A DNA stretch of 64,000 nt from Spironucleus salmonicida (Eukaryota). Shown here piece after piece: positions 28,201-42,503 of this stretch. How positions within the stretch are numbered: the first letter of the stretch is position 1; each line of letters starts with the position of its first letter. The notes beneath the pieces are model-generated. The model did no database searches, had not been told where the DNA came from, and saw only the letters and a list, made by a program, of their open reading frames with translations. The DNA lies in assembly GCF_000497125.1 (NCBI RefSeq), contig NC_090604.1, forward strand, positions 1 through 64,000. Reading direction: 5' to 3'. Made by a program: the position numbers and the translations under genes.

Positions 28201-31200
28201 CACCACTCCCAATGCATATATACTACTAAACTCCATTTAAGATATTATATATATACTATAGTATTGTATAGTCATCGAGCACTATGCAGTACCACTCATG
28301 CCTACCTTGGTGCTATCTATGGAACTACTTGGGGTCCAGTACTGGTGGTACCCACTTCAGTAGCAGGCAGCTGTGCCAAATATGAAGGTTAAGCCATTAT
28401 TCAGTATGCCAACAGCATCGACTCAGGCTCGTAGCCCCAAAATGTGGAGGTCCTAAGCTAGCATAAGTTCAGTCCTGTTCTTAATAAACTATGATATTGC
28501 TACCTCGCTGGCTCCTGACCACCAGCTAGCGCTATGTTATTCACCCCTGATAGCCACACTCTCGCTGACCTCGCTTTGGTACAACTCATCCTGCGAGTCG
28601 TCGTTACCATCTAACATTCATCCATCCCTATGCTTCGGTCTTAATAAACATACCGGGTGAGACTGCAGAGTATCATGTTTGATAGATTATGCATCATCCG
28701 GGTATTAAAGATAGAATGCAAACAGTCTTCGGCATAGCCTGTGCTTGTATTACTAGTGAGAATAGCCTTCTTAGGCTACTGTGCACCTGGGCTCATAAGT
28801 GAATATATATTAGTAAGTATAGTGTTATATTCTATAAATACAATAGTAATATACTAAATATCCTTACAAGCACCACTCCCAATGCATATATACTACTAAA
28901 CTCCATTTAAGATATTATATATATACTATAGTATTGTATAGTCATCGAGCACTATGCAGTACCACTCATGCCTGCCTTAGCACTATCTATGGAACTACTT
29001 GGGGTCCAGTACTGGTGGTACCCACTTCAGTAGCAGGCAGGTACTACACATAGAATATACAAACAGTCTTCGGCATAGCCTGTGCTTGCATTACTAGTAA
29101 GAATAGCCTTCTTAGGCTACTGTGCACCTGGGCTCATAAGTGAATATATATTAGTAAGTATAGTGTTATATTCTATAAATACAATAGTAATATGCTAAAT
29201 ATCCTTATAGGCACCACTCCCAATGCATATATACTACTAAACTCCATTTAAGATATTATATATATACTATAGTATTGTATAGTCATCGAGCACTATGCAG
29301 TACCACTCATGCCTACCGTGGTGCTGTCTATGGAACTACTTGGGGTCCAGTACTGGTGGTACCCACTTCAGTAGCAGGCAGGTACTACACATAGAATATA
29401 CAAACAGTCTTCGGCATAGCCTGTGCTTGTATTACTAGTGAGAATAGCCTTCTTAGGCTACTGTGCACCTGGGCTCATAAGTGAATATATATTAGTAAGT
29501 ATAGTGTTATATTCTATAAATACAATAGTAATATGCTAAATATCCTTATAGGCACCACTCCCAATGCATATATACTACTAAACTCCATTTAAGATATTAT
29601 ATATATACTATAGTATTGTATAGTCATCGAGCACTATGCAGTACCACTCATGCCTACCGTGGTGCTGTCTATGGAAATACTTGGGGTCCAGTACTGGTGG
29701 TACCCACTTCAGTAGCAGGCAGCTGTGCCAAATATGAAGGTTAAGCCATTATTCAGTATGCCAACAGCATCGACTCAGGCTCGTAGCCCCAAAATGTGGA
29801 GGTCCTAAGCTAGCATAAGTTCAGTCCTGTTCTTAATAAACTATGATATTGCTACCTCGCTGGCTCCTGACCACCAGCTAGCGCTATGTTATTCACCCTG
29901 ATAGCCACATTCTGCTGACCTCGCTTCAGTAACACTCATCCTGCGAGTCGTCGTTACCATCTAACATTCATCCATCCCTATGCTTCGGTCTTAATAAACA
30001 TACCGGGTGAGACTGCAGAGTATCATGTTTGATAGATTATGCATCATCCGGGTATTAAAGATAGAATGCAAACAGTCTTCGGCATAGCCTGTGCTTGTAT
30101 TACTAGTGAGAATAGCCTTCTTAGTGATACTGTGTACCTGGGCTCATAAGTGAATATATATTAGTAAGTATAGTGTTATATTCTAGAAATACAATAGTAA
30201 TATGCTAAATATCCTTATAGGCACCACTCCCAATGCATATATACTACTAAACTCCATTTAAGATATTATATATATACTATAGTATTGTATAGTCATCGAG
30301 CACTATGCAGTACCACTCATGCCTACCTTGGTGCTATCTATGGAACTACTTGGGGTCCAGTACTGGTGGTACCCACTTCAGTAGCAGGCAGGTACTACAC
30401 ATAGAATATACAAACAGTCTTCGGCATAGCCTGTGCTTGCATTACTAGTAAGAATAGCCTTCTTAGGCTACTGTGCACCTGGGCTCATAAGTGAATATAT
30501 ATTATTAAGGGTAGTGCTATATTCTATAAATACAATAGTAATATGCTAAATATCCTTACAAGCACCACTCCCAATGCATATATACTACTAAACTCCATTT
30601 AAGATATTACTATATATACTATAGTATTGTATTGTCATCGAGCACTATGCAGTACCACTCATGCCTGCCTTGGTGCTGTCTATGGAACTACTTGGGGTAC
30701 CAGTACTGGTGGTACCCACTTCAGTAGCAGGCAGGTACTACACATAGAATATACAAACAGTCTTCGGCATAGCCTGTGCTTGCATTACTAGTAAGAATAG
30801 CCTTCTTAGGCTACTGTGCACCTGGGCTCATAAGTGAATATATATTATTAAGGGTAGTGCTATATTCTATAAATACAATAGTAATATGCTAAATATCCTT
30901 ATAGGCACCACTCCCAATGCATATATACTACTAAACTCCATTTAAGATATTATATATATACTATAGTATTGTATAGTCATCGAGCACTATGCAGTACCAC
31001 TCATGCCTACCGTGGTGCTGTCTATGGAAATACTTGGGGTCCAGTACTGGTGGTACCCACTTCAGTAGCAGCCACCTATGCCAAATATGAAGGTTAAGCC
31101 ATTATTCAGTATGCCAACAGCATCGACTCAGGCTCGTAGCCCCAAAATGTGGAGGTCCTAAGCTAGCATAAGTTCAGTCCTGTTCTTAATAAACTATGAT

Positions 31201-34200
31201 ATTGCTACCTCGCTGGCTCCTGACCACCAGCTAGCGCCATCTCGTCACCCCTGATAGCCACACTCTCGCTGACCTCGCTTTGGTACAACTCATCCTGCGA
31301 GTCGTCGTTACCATCTAACATTCATCCATCCCTATGCTTCGGTCTTAATAAACATACCGGGTGAGACTGCAGAGTATCATGTTTGATAGATTATGCATCA
31401 TCCGGGTATTAAAGATAGAATGCAAACAGTCTTCGGCATAGCCTGTGCTTGTATTACTAGTAAGAATAGCCTTCTTAGGCTACTGTGCACCTGGGCTCAT
31501 AAGTGAATATATATTATTAAGGGTAGTGCTATATTCTATAAATACAATAGTAATATGCTAAATATCCTTATAGGCACCACTCCCAATGCATATATACTAC
31601 TAAACTCCATTTAAGATATTATATATATACTATAGTATTGTATAGTCATCGAGCACTATGCAGTACCACTCATGCCTGCCTTAGCACTATCTATGGAACT
31701 ACTTGGGGTACCAGTACTGGTGGTACCCACTTCAGTAGCAGGCAGGTACTACACATAGAATATACAAACAGTCTTCGGCATAGCCTGTGCTTGCATTACT
31801 AGTAAGAATAGCCTTCTTAGGCTACTGTGCACCTGGGCTCATAAGTGAATATATATTAGTAAGTATAGTGTTATATTCTATAAATACAATAGTAATATAC
31901 TAAATATCCTTACAAGCACCACTCCCAATGCATATATACTACTAAACTCCATTTAAGATATTATATATATACTATAGTATTGTATAGTCATCGAGCACTA
32001 TGCAGTACCACTCATGCCTACCGTGGTGCTGTCTATGGAACTACTTGGGGTCCAGTACTGGTGGTACCCACTTCAGTAGCAGGCAGGTACTACACATAGA
32101 ATATACAAACAGTCTTCGGCATAGCCTGTGCTTGTATTACTAGTGAGAATAGCCTTCTTAGGCTACTGTGCACCTGGGCTCATAAGTGAATATATATTAG
32201 TAAGTATAGTGTTATATTCTATAAATACAATAGTAATATGCTAAATATCCTTATAGGCACCACTCCCAATGCATATATACTACTAAACTCCATTTAAGAT
32301 ATTATATATATACTATAGTATTGTATAGTCATCGAGCACTATGCAGTACCACTCATGCCTGCCTTAGCACTATCTATGGAACTACTTGGGGTCCAGTACT
32401 GGTGGTACCCACTTCAGTAGCAGGCAGGTACTACACATAGAATATACAAACAGTCTTCGGCATAGCCTGTGCTTGTATTACTAGTGAGAATAGCCTTCTT
32501 AGGCTACTGTGCACCTGGGCTCATAAGTGAATATATATTAGTAAGTATAGTGCTATATTCTATAAATACAATAGTAATATGCTAAATATCCTTATAGGCA
32601 CCACTCCCAATGCATATATACTACTAAACTCCATTTAAGATATTATATATATACTATAGTATTGTATAGTCATCGAGCACTATGCAGTACCACTCATGCC
32701 TGCCTTAGCACTATCTATGGAACTACTTGGGGTCCAGTACTGGTGGTACCCACTTCAGTAGCAGGCAGCTGTGCCAAATATGAAGGTTAAGCCATTATTC
32801 AGTATGCCAACAGCATCGACTCAGGCTCGTAGCCCCAAAATGTGGAGGTCCTAAGCTAGCATAAGTTCAGTCCTGTTCTTAATAAACTATGATATTGCTA
32901 CCTCGCTGGCTCCTGACCACCAGCTAGCGCTATCTCGTCACCCCTGATAGCCACACTCTCGCTGACCTCGCTTTGGTACAACTCATCCTGCGAGTCGTCG
33001 TTACCATCTAACATTCATCCATCCCTATGCTTCGGTCTTAATAAACATACCGGGTGAGACTGCAGAGTATCATGTTTGATAGATTATGCATCATCCGGGT
33101 ATTAAAGATAGAATGCAAACAGTCTTCGGCATAGCCTGTGCTTGTATTACTAGTGAGAATAGCCTTCTTAGGCTACTGTGCACCTGGGCTCATAAGTGAA
33201 TATATATTAGTAAGTATAGTGTTATATTCTATAAATACAATAGTAATATACTAAATATCCTTACAAGCACCACTCCCAATGCATATATACTACTAAACTC
33301 CATTTAAGATATTATATATATACTATAGTATTGTATAGTCATCGAGCACTATGCAGTACCACTCATGCCTACCTTGGTGCTGTCTATGGAAATACTTGGG
33401 GTCCAGTACTGGTGGTACCCACTTCAGTAGCAGGCAGCTGTGCCAAATATGAAGGTTAAGCCATTATTCAGTATGCCAACAGCATCGACTCAGGCTCGTA
33501 GCCCCAAAATGTGGAGGTCCTAAGCTAGCATAAGTTCAGTCCTGTTCTTAATAAACTATGATATTGCTACCTCGCTGGCTCCTGACCACCAGCTAGCGCT
33601 ATCTCGTCACCCCTGATAGCCACACTCTCGCTGACCTCGCTTTGGTACAACTCATCCTGCGAGTCGTCGTTACCATCTAACATTCATCCATCCCTATGCT
33701 TCGGTCTTAATAAACATACCGGGTGAGACTGCAGAGTATCATGTTTGATAGATTATGCATCATCCGGGTATTAAAGATAGAATGCAAACAGTCTTCGGCA
33801 TAGCCTGTGCTTGTATTACTAGTGAGAATAGCCTTCTTAGTGATACTGTGTACCTGGGCTCATAAGTGAATATATATTAGTAAGTATAGTGTTATATTCT
33901 AGAAATACAATAGTAATATGCTAAATATCCTTATAGGCACCACTCCCAATGCATATATACTACTAAACTCCATTTAAGATATTATATATATACTATAGTA
34001 TTGTATAGTCATCGAGCACTATGCAGTACCACTCATGCCTACCTTGGTGCTGTCTATGGAAATACTTGGGGTCCAGTACTGGTGGTACCCACTTCAGTAG
34101 CAGGCAGGTACTACACATAGAATATACAAACAGTCTTCGGCATAGCCTGTGCTTGCATTACTAGTAAGAATAGCCTTCTTAGGCTACTGTGCACCTGGGC

Positions 34201-35990
34201 TCATAAGTGAATATATATTAGTAAGTATAGTGTTATATTCTATAAATACAATAGTAATATACTAAATATCCTTACAAGCACCACTCCCAATGCATATATA
34301 CTACTAAACTCCATTTAAGATATTATATATATACTATAGTATTGTATAGTCATCGAGCACTATGCAGTACCACTCATGCCTACCTTGGTGCTGTCTATGG
34401 AAATACTTGGGGTCCAGTACTGGTGGTACCCACTTCAGTAGCAGGCAGGTACTACACATAGAATATACAAACAGTCTTCGGCATAGCCTGTGCTTGCATT
34501 ACTAGTAAGAATAGCCTTCTTAGGCTACTGTGCACCTGGGCTCATAAGTGAATATATATTAGTAAGTATAGTGTTATATTCTAGAAATACAATAGTAATA
34601 TACTAAATATCCTTACAAGCACCACTCCCAATGCATATATACTACTAAACTCCATTTAAGATATTATATATATACTATAGTATTGTATAGTCATCGAGCA
34701 CTATGCAGTACCACTCATGCCTACCTTGGTGCTATCTATGGAACTACTTGGGGTCCAGTACTAGTTGGTACCCACTTCACTAGCAGGCAGCTGTGCCAAA
34801 TATGAAGGTTAAGCCATTATTCAGTATGCCAACAGCATCGACTCAGGCTCGTAGCCCCAAAATGTGGAGGTCCTAAGCTAGCATAAGTTCAGTCCTGTTC
34901 TTAATAAACTATGATATTGCTACCTCGCTGGCTCCTGACCACCAGCTAGCGCTATGTTATTCACCCCTGATAGCCACACTCTCGCTGACCTCGCTTTGGT
35001 ACAACTCATCCTGCGAGTCGTCGTTACCATCTAACATTCATCCATCCCTATGCTTCGGTCTTAATAAACATACCGGGTGAGACTGCAGAGTATCATGTTT
35101 GATAGATTATGCATCATCCGGGTATTAAAGATAGAATGTATACAGTATTCGGCATAGCCTGTGCTTGCATTACTAGTGAGAATAGCCTTCTTAGGCTACT
35201 GTGCACCTGGGCTCATAAGTGAATATATATTATTAAGGGTAGTGTTATATATTATAAATACAATCGTAATATGCTAAATATCCTTATAGGCACCACTCCC
35301 AATGCATATATACTACTAAACTCCATTTAAGATATTATATATATACTATAGTATTGTATAGTCATCGAGCACTATGCAGTACCACTCATGCCTACCTTGG
35401 TGCTATCTATGGAACTACTTGGGGTCCAGTACTGGTGGTACCCACTTCAGTAGCAGGCAGGTACTACACATAGAATATACAAACAGTCTTCGGCATAGCC
35501 TGTGCTTGCATTACTAGTAAGAATAGCCTTCTTAGGCTACTGTGCACCTGGGCTCATAAGTGAATATATATTAGTAAGTATAGTGTTATATTCTATAAAT
35601 ACAATAGTAATATACTAAATATCCTTACAAGCACCACTCCCAATGCATATATACTACTAAACTCCATTTAAGATATTATATATATACTATAGTATTGTAT
35701 AGTCATCGAGCACTATGCAGTACCACTCATGCCTGCCTTAGCACTATCTATGGAACTACTTGGGGTCCAGTACTGGTGGTACCCACTTCAGTAGCAGGCA
35801 GGTACTACACATAGAATATACAAACAGTCTTCGGCATAGCCTGTGCTTGCATTACTAGTAAGAATAGCCTTCTTAGTGATACTGTGTACCTGGGCTCATA
35901 AGTGAATATATATTATTAAGGGTAGTGTTATATATTATAAATACAATCGTAAATATACTAAATATACCTTATAAGCACCCACTCCCAATT
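25206..35990. repeat. Complex tandem array: 22 copies of a shared core in long (~669-671 bp) and short (~341 bp) units
   Basis: Long-unit marker cctgcgagtcgtcg at 25241, 25910, 26580, 27249, 27919, 28590, 29940, 31294, 32987, 33656, 35010; short-unit linker gtactacacatagaatatac at 29041, 29382 and nine further sites. TGA occurs in all six frames of the long unit. Confidence 0.98.
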
Positions 35991-38900
35991 AATTTCTATC
36001 GTTCAAAATTATATTTAGTTTTTCGTAATTATAATATAGTTTTATACCTTAAATAAGTATTTACGAAAATTCGGATTATGAACTTATTATTAGTTGTATT
36101 TATATAAATACTAAGCATATCAATACAGTTGATAGTCTTTCCGCGAACAACTAGTTATACCTAATCTTACTATTACAACATTATGGAGTATTTTCAATAC
36201 AACCAAGTAGGCTTTACAACATCAAAATTTGAAAAATACTAAATTGCTCAGGCTCAAGCATACTCTTGACTAATTTCAGGTATTAATACTATTTTATTAC
36301 TTCGAAAACAAACAAGCATATCTCCATCATCATCCCTGCAATAAATTGTCTAAAGCTAGCTTTAACCCCTTAGCTTTGAAAGTTCCCAACCGCCTTAAAA
36401 TATTTATTATTTAAATTGCTTGCCAGCAAAATCACATTCTGTAATTCTCACGAACTTATCTTTAAATTTTAGGCAAAAATTCAACATTTTAATTCTGCTA
36501 CGAAAAATATTTTATCTCAACTTTATCTATTTTACCATAAAAAATTAAGTTCAGAAGACTAGTTTTTTAGACCATAAACCGCTAAATGCGGTATTTCGCT
36601 GTCTGTTAATGCTAAAATTCTAAAATTTACTGTTAACGGAGGCAAAATTATTTATTTCTTTCAGGTAGTTATTTGTTCGTTTTTGCCTCAAACTTGTAGT
36701 TACTTTTACGCAAAAATAAGAAATTTCAGCCCCTGAAATAGCTCTGAGATGGCGTAATTTGCAACGCTACGCACAACTTTTAAGGGAAAAAATCTGGTGT
36801 TTTCGGTGTTTTATTTGTTGTTTCTGGTGCTTCTTGCGCCTGAACTCTATGTTTTGCGCTTTAGAAACTGGGAAGCTGGACATTCGATTAGTATATTTAT
36901 ATAATAATTATTTTTATTATATTATATTTTGTATAATTATTTTTATTTTTTGTCTATATTATTATATACTATTATATATTGTAAAATAATAATTTTATCA
37001 TTTTACCATATACTATTATATATTAATTATCTGATATACTAATAATTCACTTTTTGACTATATTCATTTTACACTATTTTAATCATATACTCTACAAAAA
37101 CCTAATTACAACATAACCAAAGCCAATTTTCAAATTCCAACTGATACAAACGACTCATCTTCCCAGCCCTTCGCTTAACGCCAAATTCGCTCATTTTACA
37201 CCGAATCCTCTTCGGAAACTGCACCCTTTGCCAAATCAACCAGAACAAAATTTCAGCGATTTCGTAATAAGCGATAACGTAAAGAATAGCAAATCGAACG
37301 TTTCCAGCCAATTTAAAAACCTACGAAAAGCTTTCTAGAAATTCATATGAACTGCACTGGCAGTTTGCGGAATTCGCAAAAGCGCAAATTTGCGATTTCG
37401 TGGACTCGCGATTTTGCCAAAAGTTTCTTTCGGATTTCGCTGTTTTTTGAGTTGAAAGAAAAGATGCAATTATCATATTATATGCACAGGTTCTAGCGCT
37501 TCGTTTGGGTGTTGTTTGCACCGGTTTGACTGAAGGCCTAGTGATATAAGTCTTATTTTGGAAGTTTGACTTATAGCAGTAGAAGGAGGTTATGGGTGCT
37601 GTTTGAACGTAAAATGTAGGTTTGCGAATGGTAAAATGATTGTGAATGGAAATTTCGACGTGTTCTTACGATATTTGCTGGAATTATAATTTTCAATGCT
37701 TTAGCGGTTGGGAGCTGTTATATGAATGTTGTATGGCGGGTTTTATTGGTTGGAATACTTAGATTGGTGTTTCTGGGTTTTGTGTTGAAAATTAGTTGTC
37801 TGGTGGAGGTAAGTGGAAGTGGTATAGTTTATTGGATATTTGGAGATACAGTGTGGCAGCTGGTTATGTTTATAGTAGGGTCGAAAGTGTATACAAAAAG
37901 CAGCCGAATAAGAATTTATATCATTATAGGAATGGTCATTATTGGGTAAGTAAAATTTAGCTAGTTTTGGTGTATAAATGGTAAAAGGTATTTTTAAATG
38001 GTTTTGAAAATTATGGAGTGTAGCGGGTATACTACACAAATATTTAGATAACTTTATATTAGTTTTAGGGTTAAAATTATTAGTTTTCGAGAAGTACCAT
38101 TAAATAATGGATTAATAGTTAGTGGAGTTATAAGATATATTTCTGATGAATGCTATCAATTATTCTTAAAAAAATTAATATTAATATTAAGTTCTGATAA
38201 TAATTTTTAAGGTTTATAGAAAATGAAATGTCACAAGATGCAACATTAGCTTAAATCTGTGAATTCAATATTTGCTAAGCCGAGTATTAAAATCCTAATG
38301 AAAATACATCTGTCAATGATAAAAGCTCATAAAACCGTAACTCAGTATTTTGGATATATTTAAAAAAATTAAAGTACCTAAGTAAAATCTTGATTTACAA
38401 TAAATTTACTAAATTTAAATAAAATTTATAGTGTTTTTAAATATTAAGAAAAAATAGTATATAAAACTAAAAATTAATATAAAATTTACAAATTAGTTGT
38501 TTAGTTTGTATAGTATTTATTTATTTTTATTTTTTAATCTATTATAACAATTATATTTCACTATTATTGTCTAGTATAAATATCGTTAGAATTTTTCTTA
38601 ACTTTTATCCCACTATAATATTAACATCACTAATTTTTACTCTAAACAATTTTTCATCCTTTTATTACGAAGCTATTATTTATCCTATTTGTTCCATTGA
38701 CTCTACCTAAATAATTTTATTACTAAATGATGCAGCTTATCCTTATTTTTGTCAAAATATAATTTATTATCATAATTAAAATAAAAATAAATATTGGTTT
38801 AAACAAAGTATGTTACTTCTTTTAATCTAATTTTCCCTCTACAATAAGATAAATTAATACCATAGTATAATACAATTCTCTATACTCGTTTTAAAATGTA

Positions 38901-40216
38901 GTAGCTACTGCATCATCTACGAGTCTACTATTAGTATATTAAAAAATACAAATAATAATATTATGCAATCATGCAATTTCATTCAAATGAACAAGTAATA
39001 ATATCTATATTTTATGGGAAGTCAAATATTCGATTTTGCCTTAATTTTAGTATTAGCTACTCTAAATACAATATAGTTTTAATGATGAATAAAGCTTGAT
39101 TTTATATTAACATAATTCTCAGAATAACATTATAATAATTAATCTTACAACTTATTTTTACTTATATAAATAATAATGATATATAATTAAATGTAGATTT
39201 CTAAATGTAAATAATTCTTAAATTTAATAAGTGTTGCATTTTTAGTGCTTATCGTTGCAATAAATCTTATTAAGTACATAATGCACACATTTATTTAAGT
39301 AAATATATACATTTCTACCGTCTATAGATCTTGCTAAATTTATTTAATATGTAAATTATTTTGCAATCATGTAAATTTTCTCAAAGTAAAATAACCCCAA
39401 AGTATTCAGTAAAATATAACGTTTAATAAGTTTACTACTGTTAGTGTACTGGTTAGCGTTGGTAAGGAATCTATACACTAACATAGATAATTACATGCAC
39501 AATTGTATATAAAATAAATAATTTAAAGATCAAATGAATATATTTACACCCTATTTTTAAACAGAAAATAATATAATTTAAACTATTATTAAAAATTAGT
39601 TTTAGTAGAATTTTGCAATCAATTGAAAGTTTGCAACGTAATTAAACTGATAAAACTTACTAATCTATTTCTTCCAGGTCAACAATAAAGAATTGCTAGA
39701 TTAATAAACTAATTTGAATTAGATAAACACTCTGTTAATATATAATGAAAATAGAAATACTTATAATGAAATAAGGTGCCTTAAATAGAAACTTTAACTC
39801 TTTATTCGATTAAGGAAGGAATATTGTTTTCAACAATTTATTAGTAGTTATTAGAATCTTATTCAATATATTTAATAATGTCAATAACATTTTGACATGA
39901 TTTGTTGAAATAAAATAATAAATTATTGATCTGGATTAATTTCAATGAATTTCTTTCTTGCTAAATAATAGTAAATCTACTAATAATTTATATTTTTAAT
40001 ATAGTATGTATTAAAATACTAAACTCTTAAATAATCTAAAATAATTACTATGAAACATATTCAAATACATTTAATAGTCTCTTAAAATATTACTTACTAA
40101 ACAATATATAATAAATGTATAACGATAACTTCATGTGAAGTTTATTTAAGAATGATTAGTAAATTTATTATTTATATAATATAATATTATAATTTAATTA
40201 ATTTAATCTATCATAA

Positions 40217-41980
40217 ATGCTTCTTACCTTAGCGTTTTTTGGCTGGGATAAAACTGAATTTACGGTAAATTTAGAACCATTCTAAATCCATGCTGGCGCA
40301 GTTGATTTAATAAGAATTCCTTATACTCATTGGGAGCAAAGGATTTTAGCAGCCAAAACTATGGGGCTTAATACAATGGTTCTGTAACTCAATTGGAACT
40401 CCTTTGAAAAGGAAGACGAAACTTTTGACTTTACTTCTGACTAAAATAATGTTAATGAATTCATTAGACTGTGTAAAAGTAACGATATGAAAGTTATTCT
40501 TAGGCCTGGTCCTTAATCTCATACTTATACAGCTTTTGGCGGCATTCCTTCTAGAATTTCTTTTGACAATGTTTCCACAAGAGATCTTTAAAATAAGGAA
40601 TGGGTTCGCTCAATTACTTCTTATATTAAAGCAGTATCAGCAGTAATAAACGAAAATTCTGAAGACGTAGCTATGATTCAAATTGATTAGCTAACTGGAA
40701 TAGATGAAATTTCTTCAGACTATCTACGTTATTTACGTCAACTTTTCCTTCAAAACGGTGTTTTTGGTCCGTTTATGCTTTTAGAGTCTATTTATAAGTT
40801 TAATAGTGTTGAAGGTATGGCTATCGGGTTAAGTGGTAATCCATCAGCGGACTAAATAGAAGAGGCGAAAAAAATATCTCCCAATCTTCCTGTTTTCTAT
40901 GGTAATCACTATACTGGGGATGTTACTACATATCGATCTGGTCCACCACAGTCAAGGTTTGTCAACCTTTAGCCTATTTTAAAAGCTAACTAAAGCTTTA
41001 TTTTATTCCCCTTCTGTGGAGGATCTAGCTTTGGATTCACTGCTTCTGGTATACAATCTTAAGTCTATGATACATATACCACTAGTAATGATTTTGGTGC
41101 ACCGTTGACTGAAAATGGTTATCCTACACCATAATACAATAGATTAACTCGCGCACTAACTGGATCATCATAATATAAGCTCAAAGTACTCCCAATGTAG
41201 ACAATTGATAGCTTTACTATGGTAAAAGTTGGTACACTTGAGGGCCAAAATTTTATTAATAAAGGTACTTTTAAAGACTTGCCTACTTTTGAATCTTAAC
41301 GTCAAAATGAAGGCCTTGGTATATATGAAGTTCAAATTCCTCCCAATTCTAGCGGTAATCTTGCTTTAGAAAATGTTAGGGACTATGCCCAAGTTTATAT
41401 TGACGGTGAACTAGTTCATACATTCAATAGAGAAATCAATGTTGGCTTTAATTATATGATAAAAGATACCAAGTCTGGACGCCTTTAGCTCGTAGTAGAT
41501 GCTAGTACTCACTAGGGATTCTCAGGATACGCGTTTGAAGATGATAAGAAAGGTGTCTGGGGTAATAACATGTTTAACAGCTAAAAAATGCATAATTTTA
41601 CCTTAAGCTTGCTAGACGTTGAGAATTTTAAACCTGTGGAGAAATTAACACCAACGAACTTTACCGGTGGTCTCTTTAAAGCAAAGTTTTCTACCTTAAA
41701 AGTCGATACCTATATAGACCTTAAGGATTTCAAAAAAGGTTACGTCTTTATCAATAACGTAAATATTGGTAGATATTAAAACGTCAATAAAGACTAATCT
41801 AATAACTTTTATTCAAGAATCTATTGTCCTTCCACTTATTTAAATGATGGAGAGAATATTTTGTTTGTGCTTGATACACTTACTGTTGAGGAATCTATAT
41901 AAGTTTCTGGTGTATAACTTGCTTTTGCCTGTCAAGAAGGGTATGCTGAAGTTGGTGCAGAATGCATTAAAGTTGAGTGA
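40217..41980 (+). CDS. Glycoside hydrolase family 35 (beta-galactosidase) homologue, 587 aa, probably catalytically inactive
   Basis: RIPYTHWEQRILAAKTMGLNT, WNSFEKEDETFDF, VILRPGP, GGIP, GGSSFGFTASG, TSNDFGAPLTENG, KGYVFINNVNIGRY match the GH35 layout; short hydrophobic N-terminus; ends GAG-TGA. Confidence 0.9.
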
Positions 41981-42503
41981 TCGTACTTATTATCTAGCTA
42001 CTCTTAAATGTTTTTAAAAATATTTTTTTATTCTTGTAAAATGAACCATATTGATTACTTAGATCTATTCAAAATTTATAAATATTATCATCAAATAGAT
42101 AACTAACTAGTATGCTAAAATAATCATATTTAATGTAAAGTATTCAAACTATTCTAACACTAAACTTAATAAATTCGACATAGAATTATTAAAAATGAAC
42201 AGATTTGAGAAATTAATAGTATCTTATTATACATGCTTAATATCTGGTACAAACTTTCAGTAACACCTATCTTCTGATAACTGTAATCGAGTGTAATATA
42301 AATTTTAAGTACCCAGATAAACGTTATGGATATATAAAATATGAATTCCTATTGAATAAATTTTATAAATACAATAGAAACTAGCACAATATTACTGATT
42401 TGTGTCTTAAGATTAACATACTTTAAACCTAAAATACTAACATTCTATAATGTTTACAAAATTAATAATACTTTAAAAGTATATTATAATAAGGTAATTC
42501 AAA

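Noticed and set aside
25206-35990. CRISPR array, rDNA/5S array or repeat-protein gene
   Set aside because: Units are hundreds of bp with no unique spacers; no rRNA motifs recognised; TGA in all frames of the long unit and unit lengths do not keep frame.
36759-38039. Short ORFs in a strand-skewed region
   Set aside because: G/T versus C/A skew depletes stops on one strand; no protein motifs.
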